This document shows, piece after piece, positions 22,402 to 32,000 of a stretch of 32,000 bases of DNA. Positions within the stretch are counted from its first letter, which is position 1. Each line of letters opens with the position of its first letter. The stretch is from Candidatus Arthromitus sp. SFB-mouse-Japan (GTDB taxonomy: Bacteria; Bacillota; Clostridia; Clostridiales; Clostridiaceae). The translations under genes and the position numbers were made by a program. Location of the stretch: assembly GCF_000270205.1 (NCBI RefSeq), contig NC_015913.1, positions 180,001 through 212,000 of the forward strand, given 5' to 3'. The notes under the pieces are model-generated. The model made no database searches, was not told the origin of the DNA, and saw nothing but the letters and a program-made list of their open reading frames with translations.

Positions 22402-22950
22402 TTATTTAATTCGATATATATGATATATGGATTTTTTATAAGTAATAAAGTTTAATTTATTTATATAGTATACACGTTTTAAGGTATTACGATCTATTAG
22501 TGAGCCAATAAAATCAAACATCATATTATTTTCTAGTATATGCCTTGATATCGTATTCGAATCTTCGACTAGAGAATATATTTTATTTATATTTGTATTA
22601 TTAAATATATAATTTAAAGTATTAAATATTGCTTCACACATAAAACCATTATTTCTGTAATGCTTTATCATAAAATATCCAAGTTCATTAACTAAATTCT
22701 CATTTATATATCTAGGAATAATAGATAAAAAACCTATTGGTATTAAACCATTATTAAGTTTAATTATAAAATATCCTAATGAATTGAAACAACGTATTTT
22801 ATCATTATGTGAAATAAATTTTTTAATTTGATATTTGGATGCATGCTTAGGTATAGGCATATTTAGTTCGTGATCAATATTTTTTAATATATAAGATAAA
22901 CTTTTTTCACAAATAGGTTCTATAAGTAAATTTGAAGTTTGAATAATCAT
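22402..22950 (-). CDS. GNAT-family N-acetyltransferase (RimJ/RimL-like)
   Basis: The pattern NLLIEPI...IGFLSI...ELGYFMIKHYRNNGFMCEAIFNTLNYIF...INKIYSLVEDSNTISRHILEN is typical of the Acetyltransf_3-type fold. RBS GAGGA. Confidence 0.75.
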   Translation of the reverse strand: MIIQTSNLLIEPICEKSLSYILKNIDHELNMPIPKHASKYQIKKFISHNDKIRCFNSLGYFIIKLNNGLIPIGFLSIIPRYINENLVNELGYFMIKHYRNNGFMCEAIFNTLNYIFNNTNINKIYSLVEDSNTISRHILENNMMFDFIGSLIDRNTLKRVYYINKLNFITYKKSIYHIYRIK

Positions 22951-22963
22951 AATTAGTCCTCAA

Positions 22964-22993
22964 AGGTATTATGAATATATATTCATAATACCT
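22964..22993. repeat. perfect 30-bp palindrome immediately upstream of the GNAT gene RBS
   Basis: AGGTATTATGAATAT|ATATTCATAATACCT, 15+15 nt with no mismatch and no spacer. Confidence 0.9.
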
Positions 22994-23317
22994 AATTCTA
23001 ATCAATATTTTATTATGTACTAATATAATAACTATATATTAAAAAAATACAAAAATCAATTTTAAAATTTATATAATATGATTATTTTTTCAATATATAG
23101 AGGAAATATTTTATAAATTATTAAAATAAAACGTTTACATAATATTAGATTTTAATTATATAGATTATCTAAATAGGTTTAATTGTCATTTTAATAAAAT
23201 AAAAAATAATTTTTATACAAATTACTAAAAAAAATGAGTTAATTAATATGATTTATTGCTATATAACTAATATAGAATGATTAAAAGATTTTAATTAGTT
23301 GGGAGGTTATAAAAAAT

Positions 23318-24363
23318 ATGAACAATAGAAAGTTTTTTGTTGTGTTCATTTCTATATGTGTTTTGATTTTTTCTTAGTAGGTTGTAATTCTATTGTACCC
23401 ACTTAAGAAAGTACACTTAATAACAATCTAAATTCTGTATGAGTAGTTGAGGGAATAGAATTAGAAGCTGGTATGATTACTGATGAAAGATCTATTAGTG
23501 ATAAATATTTTAATGGTATAACTTATAAGGGACTGGCAAATGCTTAAGGAATATTTTAGAATTGACCTTTAGGCGTTTAAACCTAAACAAGATACAGATT
23601 TCATATCTTATATTTGGATATTATCAAAAAATAATGATTTGATTATAGATGTTGGATATAAGTTAAAGGAAGCTATTATCGATGTATCTAAAAGGAATAT
23701 TTAAGTTAATTATGTCATGATAGATGATGTATTGGAATATAACAAAGTTTACAATATTAATTTTAAAGGATAATAAGGATCGTTTTTAGCTTATATGGCT
23801 ACAAAGACTAATAAAGTTGGTTTCATTTGAGGAATTGATTCTCCGTTGATTAAAAAATTTGAAGTTGGATTTGTTGATAGAGTTAAAAATGTTAATACGG
23901 AAGTAAGAGAATTTAGGTATGCAGCTACATTTTTAAATATATCTAGAGGTTATGAAATAAGTAAGTTTATTTTTGGTGATGGTGTTGATATGCTATATTA
24001 TGTTGTTGGAGATATGGGTATAGGTATATTTAGAGATTTAAAAGAAACTGGAAATTATTGTATTGGTTTAGATCAAAATTAGACACTTACATTTTCCGAA
24101 TATGAAGATGTAATACTTACTTTAATGATTAAAATTTAGATATTACTGTATATGATGTTGTAAAACAAACTTTAGAAAATGGATTTGTTGGTACTAATGT
24201 TGGATTAGGATTAAAGGATGGGGCCATATCTTTAGTTGAGAATAAAAATAGAAAAGTTAATCAAGAAATATTAGATAAAGTTGAAGAGTGTAGTAATAAG
24301 ATAAAAAATGGAGGGATAGTTGTACTTAAAATTATTGAAGAACTTAAAAATTTTAATATGTAA
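23318..24363 (+). pseudogene. BMP-family (PnrA/Med/TmpC-like) ABC substrate-binding lipoprotein, pseudogene
   Basis: RBS GGGAGG plus ATG and a signal peptide. The lipobox LVGC (23374-23385) is out of frame after T-run 23367-23372. Family blocks are recognisable across three frames: AGMITDERSISDKYFNGITYKGLANA, GSFLAYMATKTNKVGFI*GIDSPLIKKFEVGFVDRVKNVN, GNYCIGLDQN, LDITVYDVVKQTLENGF...GLGLKDGAISL. I count at least 7 in-frame stops and 3 frame changes by hand translation. Confidence 0.85.
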
Positions 24364-24376
24364 TCCTGAGTGATTT

Positions 24377-24424
24377 AAAGCTACTTTTATAAGAAGAGAA
24401 TAGTTTTTTTATAAAAGTAGCTTT
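24377..24424 (+). other. intercistronic hairpin (perfect 16-bp stem) between the lipoprotein and ATPase remnants
   Basis: AAAGCTACTTTTATAA (24377-24392) and TTATAAAAGTAGCTTT (24409-24424) with a 16-nt loop, followed by ATTATT. Confidence 0.6.
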
Positions 24425-24441
24425 TATTATTAAAAGAGGTT

Positions 24442-25330
24442 ATGAGTATGAGTGATAGAGTAACAATTATAAGGAAGGGAGAGCTTATCGATACCTTAAA
24501 TACCAAAGATATATCTCATAGAAGAACTTGCAAATCTTGTGGTAGAAATACCAGTTGATCTCAATGTATATATTTAAAAACCAAGGTAACTTGAAGATGT
24601 ATTAAGTATTCGAAGTTTAATGGTAAAAGATAATAGGAGTATAGATGTGATTAAAGATTTAAATTTAGATGTTAAGTTTGGAGAAATATTTGGGATTATT
24701 GGAGTTGATAGTAATTGACAAAGTGAATTTGTAGAACTTTTAACTAGTATAAGAAAATGTTGTGGGGATGAGATATTATTTGATGAAGAAAGTATTAAAA
24801 ATTTATCACCAAAGAAGGTCATAATAATAATTTAGTAAGTATACCGGATAATAGGCATAATGTGAGATTAGTACTTCAACATTCTTTATATAAAAATTCA
24901 ATTCTAGAAATGTAACACTTAAGTAAATTTTTAAAAGAGATTTTTATTGATTATGGGAAAATAAGAGATCATGCAAAAAGAATTATAGATTAATTTGACG
25001 TGAGAACGATAAGTGATAGGGTGAAGGTCATAATTTTATTCGGAGGTAATCAACAAAAATTCATAATATGTAGAGAAATTTATAAAAATTCTAAATTTAT
25101 GATGTAGTGTAACTAACTAGAGAACTTAATGTAGGCTCTATTGAATATAGTTACAAAATACTTATAGAGAAAAGAAATAATGGTAAGGTTATTTATTATA
25201 GCTTTATTAAATATTAAATTTATCTAATAGGATAGGAGTTATATATAGTGGAAGTATTCTTAGAATTTTTGATATGAAAAAAGTGGATAAGAATGGGATA
25301 TTAATGACAGGAAGTGTGGTTAATGAATGA
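24442..25330 (+). pseudogene. BMP-system ABC ATP-binding protein (normally a tandem two-NBD protein), truncated and disrupted pseudogene
   Basis: The RBS and ATG run directly into the tail of NBD1 (DRVTIIRKGELIDTLNTKDIS..EELANLVVE). NBD2 follows: VLSIRSLMVKDNRSIDVIKDLNLDVKFGEIFGIIGVDSN*QSEFVELLTSIRK. The span is only ~0.9 kb versus ~1.5 kb expected, and it has many stops and frame changes. Confidence 0.8.
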
Positions 25331-26323
25331 AAATTATAAGGTTAATAATATACTCAAGTCTATTATTTTTTCTTTATTATTTATAGTTATTTTTTGTAAT
25401 GTGCTTCACAACAAAGCGGATTTATTGAATCACTTACATTACTTTTAAAATCTTTTTAGGATGGTAGTTTTAGTAGCTTATTTAGTTTATCTGAAACTCT
25501 AGTGTATACAACAACCTACATATTTACTGGATTTGATCATTTGGATGCATTTAAAACAAATTTATTTAATATAGTCGTTGAAGGACAATTTATTATGGAC
25601 ATTTTGGGTGATGTAATAATTAAAGTAGTACTAGTTATACCTATGTTTATATATTTGAGTTTAATTATTTTAGGGAATAATGATAGCTGGATCTTTATAC
25701 TGGCGTATTTAAAAGTAAAGTTAAATTTAAATGAGGTTGTTAATATTATAATGATGAATTTTATAGCTATGAATGTTTTGAATTTATATATAAGTACTTT
25801 CTTAAAAGAACCGGGATGTTACTTAGATTTATTAGTGATGAATCATTTAGAGCTAATTATAGATTTGTTATAGGCATTGTACTTGTTGTAATTGTATATT
25901 TTTTTATAAATAATACACGTGTTGGATATGAACTCAGAAGTGTTGGATATAATAAATATATATTCGGATATGGTGGAATTAATATTAAAAAATTTATAAT
26001 AATTTCCATGGTAATATCTGGACTTGTAGCTGGATTGGTAAGGATATATTTGTTCTTGGGATTCAGTATAGAGTATCTAAACTTTTTAATTTTTTAAATT
26101 ATGGTTTTGGTGGTATAGCTGTAACTTTAGTTGCTAGGAAAATCCTATAGCGATAGTTTTAATATCTTTATTGTTAGGTGCATTGAATGCATCTGCCTTA
26201 GAATTGCAGTTTAATATAATACCTAAAGATATTGTTTTTTTTGCGCAAGCAGTTATAATCTTGTTTATATAAGGTAAGTATTTATTTAAATATATTATAA
26301 TAGGTTTAAGAAAAGAGGTGTAA
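25323..26323 (+). pseudogene. BMP-system ABC permease 1, pseudogene
   Basis: Fragments match the family: LFNIVVEGQFIM (LFNIGaEGQ), NEVVNIIMMNFIAMN (nEVi.tIMlNyIa), GFGGIAVTLVARKNPIAIVLISLLLGALNASALELQ. They are scattered over different frames with numerous stops. Confidence 0.8.
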
Positions 26324-27206
26324 AATAGTAGGAAATACATATTTTTAGACTTTATATTTATCATGGTTACAATGCTTAGATTTGCAACTCCACTAATATT
26401 TGCATCTATAGGAGCAGTTTTTTCTGAAAATATAAAGTTGTAAATATATGAATAGAAGGAATGATGGTGATGTGAGCTTTTTGGAGTTTGGGGAACCTAT
26501 ATATTAGGAAGTTCTATTGTAATAATTTTAATGCATTATTTGTTTGTGGGTATTACAGCAGTTATACATGGAATATTGAGCATATTTTTAAGAGTGAATC
26601 AAAATTTATCAGGGATTGGTATAAATTTATTTGCAACATCTATAACAAGTTATTTGGATCTCGGGGTCAAACAGATACAGTTAAAGTGGTACTGTATTCT
26701 AAAGAAATGTTTGAGAATATACATATTGTATTAAAATTATTGTCTAAATTAAATTAGTTTGTAATAGGTGCACTTGTAGTTATTGTATTATTACGGTTCA
26801 TTTTATATAAGATTAGTATAGGGATAAGGGCGCTTGGTGAACATACAAAAGTTATAGATACCTTAGGAATAAATGTTTATGAAGTTAGATTTGTATGTGT
26901 GGTATTATCGGGAGTTTTGGCATGGCAACATTCTATATTGCTAATATAAATTTGATTAGAGTTGGTATAGTTAATTGAAGAGGATATATAGCCTTGGTTG
27001 CTATGATATTTGGTAATTGGAAATCATATATAACTTTTATGCATGTGTGATTTTTTCTTTATTATAAAAAAATTGGGTTAATGTATCTACAGAGATATAT
27101 TATATGTTACCATATATATTGACCATGGTTGCGCTTATATTTTTCGCAAAGGAATAGTAATTTTCCATTATCTTTAGGAGAATTTTATGAAAAGGGTAAA
27201 AGATGA
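26324..27206 (+). pseudogene. BMP-system ABC permease 2, pseudogene
   Basis: MLRFATPLIFASIGAVFSE, then a broken (RSGVVNIGIEGMM) region, then FVGITAVIHGILSIFLRVNQNLSGIGINLFATSITSYL and a C-terminal ..LPYILTMVALIFF..RNSNFPLSLGEFYEKGKR*. Several stops and frame changes. Confidence 0.8.
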
Positions 27207-27234
27207 TTTTATAATTGATAGAAGGGACTAATTT

Positions 27235-28077
27235 ATGAGAAAATTATATGTATTTATTTTTATAGCAATATTTTTAATTATGAGCTCTTGTAGTGCTAAT
27301 GGATATGATGTTATTTATATTCATAGTGATGAATTTGAGACTCTTGCTGAAGAAAATTTTAAGTATAATATGGAAAAACTGTTGGATAATTTTAAAGTTT
27401 TGAATATACCTAATGATGAAGAATTTATAGAATATTTCAATAAATTATCAAATGAACAAAAGAATAATAAAAATATATTTATTGTATCTGAAAAATTTTC
27501 AAATGTAGACATTTCAGATAAAATAGATAAAGTTATTTATATAAATAATAAGTTTAATATGGATATAAATAACTTATTGATAGATCAAAAACCTGTAAGT
27601 TATTTGCTAGGTATAATAAGTGGATTGGTGACAAGAAGAAACAGTATATTTATACTTTATTCAGAAGATTATGTTGATCATAGAGAGATTATTGATGCAT
27701 TCATTACTGGTGTTAGGGAAGTTAATCTAAGAGCATATGATTCATTATCGAGTTTAGAAAATGTTAAATGTATAACACTAGATAATAAGGAGGAAATACA
27801 GGAGATTATCAACAGTGAAAGTGATATTGTATTTAATTTATCTAAAGAAGATATTATTGTTGATGATAAGTTTTTATTTGATTTAAATATGGATAATATT
27901 TCTGAAAATTTAGTAAGTATTTTATATGATTATGGGAGTTTTATAAATATACTTGAAAGTGGAAAAATTGCAACTTACTCAATTGGAATACACGATGAAA
28001 GTATAAAATTTAATCTGACTAATTTGCCTGAAGAAGTAGTTAATATATTTAATAAATATTTAAATAATATTAATTAG
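27235..28077 (+). CDS. lipoprotein (280 aa), possibly a very divergent BMP-like binding protein
   Basis: Signal peptide with lipobox-like IMSSC and an intact ORF. There is weak by-eye resemblance to BMP blocks: QKPVSYLLGIISGLVTRRNSIFIL versus EQEGSFLaG..AAl.TKtgkVGFV, and IIDAFITGVREVN versus ikrFeaGf.aGvk.vN. Confidence 0.6.
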   Translation: MRKLYVFIFIAIFLIMSSCSANGYDVIYIHSDEFETLAEENFKYNMEKLLDNFKVLNIPNDEEFIEYFNKLSNEQKNNKNIFIVSEKFSNVDISDKIDKVIYINNKFNMDINNLLIDQKPVSYLLGIISGLVTRRNSIFILYSEDYVDHREIIDAFITGVREVNLRAYDSLSSLENVKCITLDNKEEIQEIINSESDIVFNLSKEDIIVDDKFLFDLNMDNISENLVSILYDYGSFINILESGKIATYSIGIHDESIKFNLTNLPEEVVNIFNKYLNNIN

Positions 28078-28083
28078 ATTATA

Positions 28084-28126
28084 ATAGGGTTTTAGAATCT
28101 ATGTTCTAAGACCCTATTTTTTGTTT
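28084..28126 (+). terminator. rho-independent terminator
   Basis: ATAGGGTTTTAGAA / TTCTAAGACCCTAT stem with one mismatch and a 6-nt loop, followed by TTTTTTGTTT. Confidence 0.75.
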
Positions 28127-28250
28127 GTATATAAAAAATTATTAGTTATTAAAAATAATTATTTAAAAAATTAATTTTATGTTTTATAATTTATGTTATA
28201 AATTTATTTAAAAATATCATTGATTTCGATATTTTTAATATGTTAATTAA

Positions 28251-29330
<1,080 letters not shown>

Positions 29331-29402
29331 GGAATGTATTTAAAGGTTGGTTTTATTTAAGATCAACCTTTATTGATAATTGGAATTTAAGGGGTAAGAT
29401 AT

Positions 29403-30596
29403 ATGACATTTAATAAAAAGAGTATAGAGGATATTCAGTTAACTGGTAAAAAAGTTTTGATTAGATGTGATTTTAATGTTCCTATAGTAAACGGTAAAAT
29501 AACTGATGAAAATAGATTATTAGGAGCGCTTGATACTATTATATATGCTCATAAGAATGGTGGGAAGGTTATACTTTGTTCACATTTAGGGAAGGCAAAA
29601 GGCCCTGATCCATCTATGAGTTTAAAGATTGTTGCTTTGAGACTTTCAGAACTTTTAGGTGTTGATGTAAAGTTTCTCCAGAGTGATTTGGTAATTGATG
29701 ATAACATAAGAAGTGAAATAGATAAGATGAATAATGGTGACATATCACTTCTTGAGAACACAAGATTTAGATGTGAAGAAGGTAAATGTGAAGATAGTTT
29801 TTCGAAGGATTTAGCATCTATTTGTGATGTTTATGTTAATGATGCTTTTGGTACTGCTCATAGAGCTCATTGTTCAACAGTTGGGGTTACTAAGTTTGTA
29901 GATACAGCTGTTTGTGGATATTTAATACAAAGGGAATTGGAATTTTTGGGAGGAATGATTGAAAATCCTGAAAGACCTTTTGTTGCTGTTCTTGGTGGAG
30001 CTAAAGTTTCAGATAAGATAAATGTTATAAATAATTTATTAGATAAAGTTGATACTTTAATAATAGGCGGTGGTATGGCTTATACCTTTTTGAAAGCTCA
30101 GGGTTATTCAATTGGGATAAGTTTAGTTGAAGAAGATAAGTTAGAGTATGCGAAAGATATGATAGAGAAAGCTAAAATAAAAGGCGTTACATTGTTACTT
30201 CCAGTGGATCATGTTACAGGAGATAAGTTTTCAAATGATGCGATCAGAAAAATTACTAGCGATGAGAATATAGATGATGGATTTATGGGATTAGATATTG
30301 GAAATAAGACAAGTAAATTATTTGGAGATGCTTTAAGAAGTGCAAAAACAATAATTTGGAATGGACCTATGGGAGTTTTTGAATTTTCTAATTTTAATCA
30401 AGGAACAATAGAGGTTGCTAAAGCTATGGCAGAATCTGGTGCTGTAACAATAATAGGTGGGGGAGATTCAGCAGCAGCTGTTAATATTTTAGGTTTTGGA
30501 GATAAAATGACCCATATATCTACGGGTGGAGGAGCTTCTCTCGAATTGTTAGAAGGTAAAGTTTTACCTGGAATTGATGTTTTGAATAATAAATAA
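29403..30596 (+). CDS. pgk: phosphoglycerate kinase
   Basis: [47 protein letters not shown]. Confidence 0.97.
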   Translation: MTFNKKSIEDIQLTGKKVLIRCDFNVPIVNGKITDENRLLGALDTIIYAHKNGGKVILCSHLGKAKGPDPSMSLKIVALRLSELLGVDVKFLQSDLVIDDNIRSEIDKMNNGDISLLENTRFRCEEGKCEDSFSKDLASICDVYVNDAFGTAHRAHCSTVGVTKFVDTAVCGYLIQRELEFLGGMIENPERPFVAVLGGAKVSDKINVINNLLDKVDTLIIGGGMAYTFLKAQGYSIGISLVEEDKLEYAKDMIEKAKIKGVTLLLPVDHVTGDKFSNDAIRKITSDENIDDGFMGLDIGNKTSKLFGDALRSAKTIIWNGPMGVFEFSNFNQGTIEVAKAMAESGAVTIIGGGDSAAAVNILGFGDKMTHISTGGGASLELLEGKVLPGIDVLNNK

Positions 30597-30614
30597 TAAA
30601 GTAGGTGTATTTTG

Positions 30615-31361
30615 GTGAGAAAGAATATAATAATGGGAAACTGGAAAATGCATTTTACAATTGAGGAAACTGAAGAATTTTTAAATAGTTTGTTACCTAA
30701 AGTTAAGAATGCTAAAACTGAAGTTGTTGTGTGTCCTCCATTTACTTCTCTTGCTTTATCTTCAAATATACTTAAGGGTTCAAATGTAAAATTAGGTGCT
30801 CAAAATGTACATTTTGAGGAAAAAGGAGCATTTACTGGTGAAATTTCCCCAAATATGCTTAAGAATTTAGGAGTTTCTTATATTATAATAGGTCATAGTG
30901 AGAGAAGGATGTACTTTGGAGAAACAGATGAGACAGTTAATAAAAAGATCCATATGTGCTTAAAACATAAATTTAACCCAGTTTTATGTGTTGGAGAGAG
31001 TTTGGAAGAAAAAGAAAGTAATAACATGGAGAAAGTATTGACTCGTCAAATAGAAAAAGCCTTTTTTAATATATCTGAGGAAGATGCAAAAAAAGTTGTA
31101 ATTGCATATGAACCAATATGGGCTATTGGAACTGGCAAGACAGCAACAAGTTCTGATGCTGATAATATAATTTCTTTTATAAGAAAAGTTATTAGTGGTA
31201 TTTATAATAAAGAAGTGTCTGAGAATATAGTTATGTTATATGGTGGATCAGTTAAACCCAATACTATAAAAGAGCAAATGTCTATGGAAAATATAGATGG
31301 TGCTTTGGTTGGTGGAGCTTCTATAGTTGTTGAAGATTTTGAAAGGATTGTTAATTTTTAG
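30615..31361 (+). CDS. tpiA: triose-phosphate isomerase
   Basis: GNWKMH, IIGHSERR, AYEPIWAIGTG. GTG 30615 (7 nt after AGGTG) is preferred over the track's TTG 30612. Confidence 0.95.
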   Translation: MRKNIIMGNWKMHFTIEETEEFLNSLLPKVKNAKTEVVVCPPFTSLALSSNILKGSNVKLGAQNVHFEEKGAFTGEISPNMLKNLGVSYIIIGHSERRMYFGETDETVNKKIHMCLKHKFNPVLCVGESLEEKESNNMEKVLTRQIEKAFFNISEEDAKKVVIAYEPIWAIGTGKTATSSDADNIISFIRKVISGIYNKEVSENIVMLYGGSVKPNTIKEQMSMENIDGALVGGASIVVEDFERIVNF

Positions 31362-31373
31362 GGGGAGCTCATT

Positions 31374-32000
31374 GTGGATAGAAATGCGTGTATTTTATTA
31401 ATTTTAGATGGATTTGGGATATCACCAGATTCAAATGGTAACTCCATAGCTAGAGCTAAAACAAATAATATAGATAGAATTACTAGTGTTTATCCAAATG
31501 CTAATTTATATGCAAGTGGTATGAATGTAGGTTTACCTGATGGTCAAATGGGTAATTCTGAAGTTGGTCATTTAAATATAGGTACAGGAAGAATAGTATA
31601 TCAGGAACTGACAAGAATAACAAAATCAATAAATGATAGTGAATTTTTCGAAAATGAAGATTTAATAAAAACTATGGATAATTGTATAAAAAATTGTAGT
31701 AATCTTCATATTATGGGACTTGCTTCAGATGGAGGGGTGCATTCTCATATTGAACATTTAAAAGCAGTTCTTAAACTTGCTAAGGAAAAGAATGTTAAGC
31801 AAACATATATACATTTGTTTACTGATGGAAGAGATGTTTCTCCAACCTCTGGATATACTTATGTTCAGGATATTATGAATTATATTGATGAAATATCATA
31901 TGGAATAATCTCAACTATTTCTGGAAGGTATTATGCAATGGATAGAGATAAGAGATGGGATAGAGTCCAAAAGGCGTATGATGCTATAGTTCGTGGAATT
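31374..32000 (+). CDS. gpmI: 2,3-bisphosphoglycerate-independent phosphoglycerate mutase, 3' end outside the window
   Basis: GTG start 6 nt after GGGGGAG. ILLILDGFG, LPDGQMGNSEVGHLNIGTGRIVYQ, GLASDGGVHSHIEHL. The frame stays open to nt 32000. Not in the supplied ORF track because it has no stop. Confidence 0.9.
   Translation, partial: MDRNACILLILDGFGISPDSNGNSIARAKTNNIDRITSVYPNANLYASGMNVGLPDGQMGNSEVGHLNIGTGRIVYQELTRITKSINDSEFFENEDLIKTMDNCIKNCSNLHIMGLASDGGVHSHIEHLKAVLKLAKEKNVKQTYIHLFTDGRDVSPTSGYTYVQDIMNYIDEISYGIISTISGRYYAMDRDKRWDRVQKAYDAIVRGI

Noticed and set aside
23828-24718. In-frame TGA codons at conserved glycine positions (GFI-TGA-G at 23828-23830, SN-TGA-QSE at 24716-24718) suggested UGA=Gly recoding (genetic code 25).
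   Set aside because: TGA clearly terminates well-defined genes in the same window, for example the adaptor gene at 958-960, the AlkP-like gene at 12460-12462 and the membrane protein at 4511-4513. The same remnants also contain in-frame TAA and TAG codons plus frameshifts. GGA to TGA point mutations in pseudogenes explain the observation.
23846-26757. Medium-sized ORFs inside the fossil operon (23846-24082, 24574-24822 minus, 25502-25873, 25816-26097, 26134-26364 minus, 26488-26757, 26531-26734) as possible small genes.
   Set aside because: The plus-strand ORFs are surviving fragments of the BMP lipoprotein and permeases (family motifs visible) without their own RBSs. The minus-strand ORFs are antisense artefacts of AT-rich sequence.
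29342-29371. A hairpin between gap and pgk (AAAGGTTG ... CAACCTTT) as an internal terminator.
   Set aside because: It has only an 8-bp stem, a ~14-nt loop and no real U-run. At most it is a weak attenuator or processing site, and it is not supportable from sequence alone.

Overview
AT-rich chromosomal segment (roughly a quarter GC by eye outside the rRNA genes) from a low-GC Firmicute. The 16S reads like Clostridiaceae / Clostridium sensu stricto relatives. A host-associated lineage with a shrinking genome is my guess, not a determination. The code is standard, RBSs are strong GGAGG-type, and TTG/GTG starts are frequent. Left to right: (1) a MacAB/YknXYZ-like ABC exporter module (adaptor, ATPase, FtsX permease) with two linked unknown genes and a convergent SH3b-like gene; (2) one complete rrs-rrl-rrf operon with promoter, boxA-like elements, flanking processing stems and terminator, and no spacer tRNA; (3) a CPBP-like membrane protein; (4) an alkaline-phosphatase-superfamily protein followed by a PAP2 phosphatase; (5) a polar amino-acid ABC importer on the minus strand; (6) cardiolipin synthase; (7) a very large membrane-anchored GH2 beta-galactosidase split by a 1-nt frameshift; (8) a GNAT acetyltransferase; (9) a ~3.9 kb fossil of a BMP-lipoprotein ABC importer operon (four pseudogenes) followed by an intact divergent lipoprotein; (10) the glycolytic gap-pgk-tpiA-gpmI operon. 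I saw no CRISPR array, tRNA, transposase, integrase or recognisable defence genes. I could not support a new multi-gene system. The strongest signal is a concentration of gene-decay and pseudoenzyme signatures in accessory genes, next to fully intact housekeeping genes. The signatures are a dead operon, two T-run frameshifts, an ABC ATPase lacking three catalytic motifs, and an AlkP-fold protein lacking its nucleophile and most metal ligands. The best candidate for uncharacterised biology is the exporter module with its two linked unknown genes (nt 1-4513). All homology calls are by eye from motifs; no searches were run.
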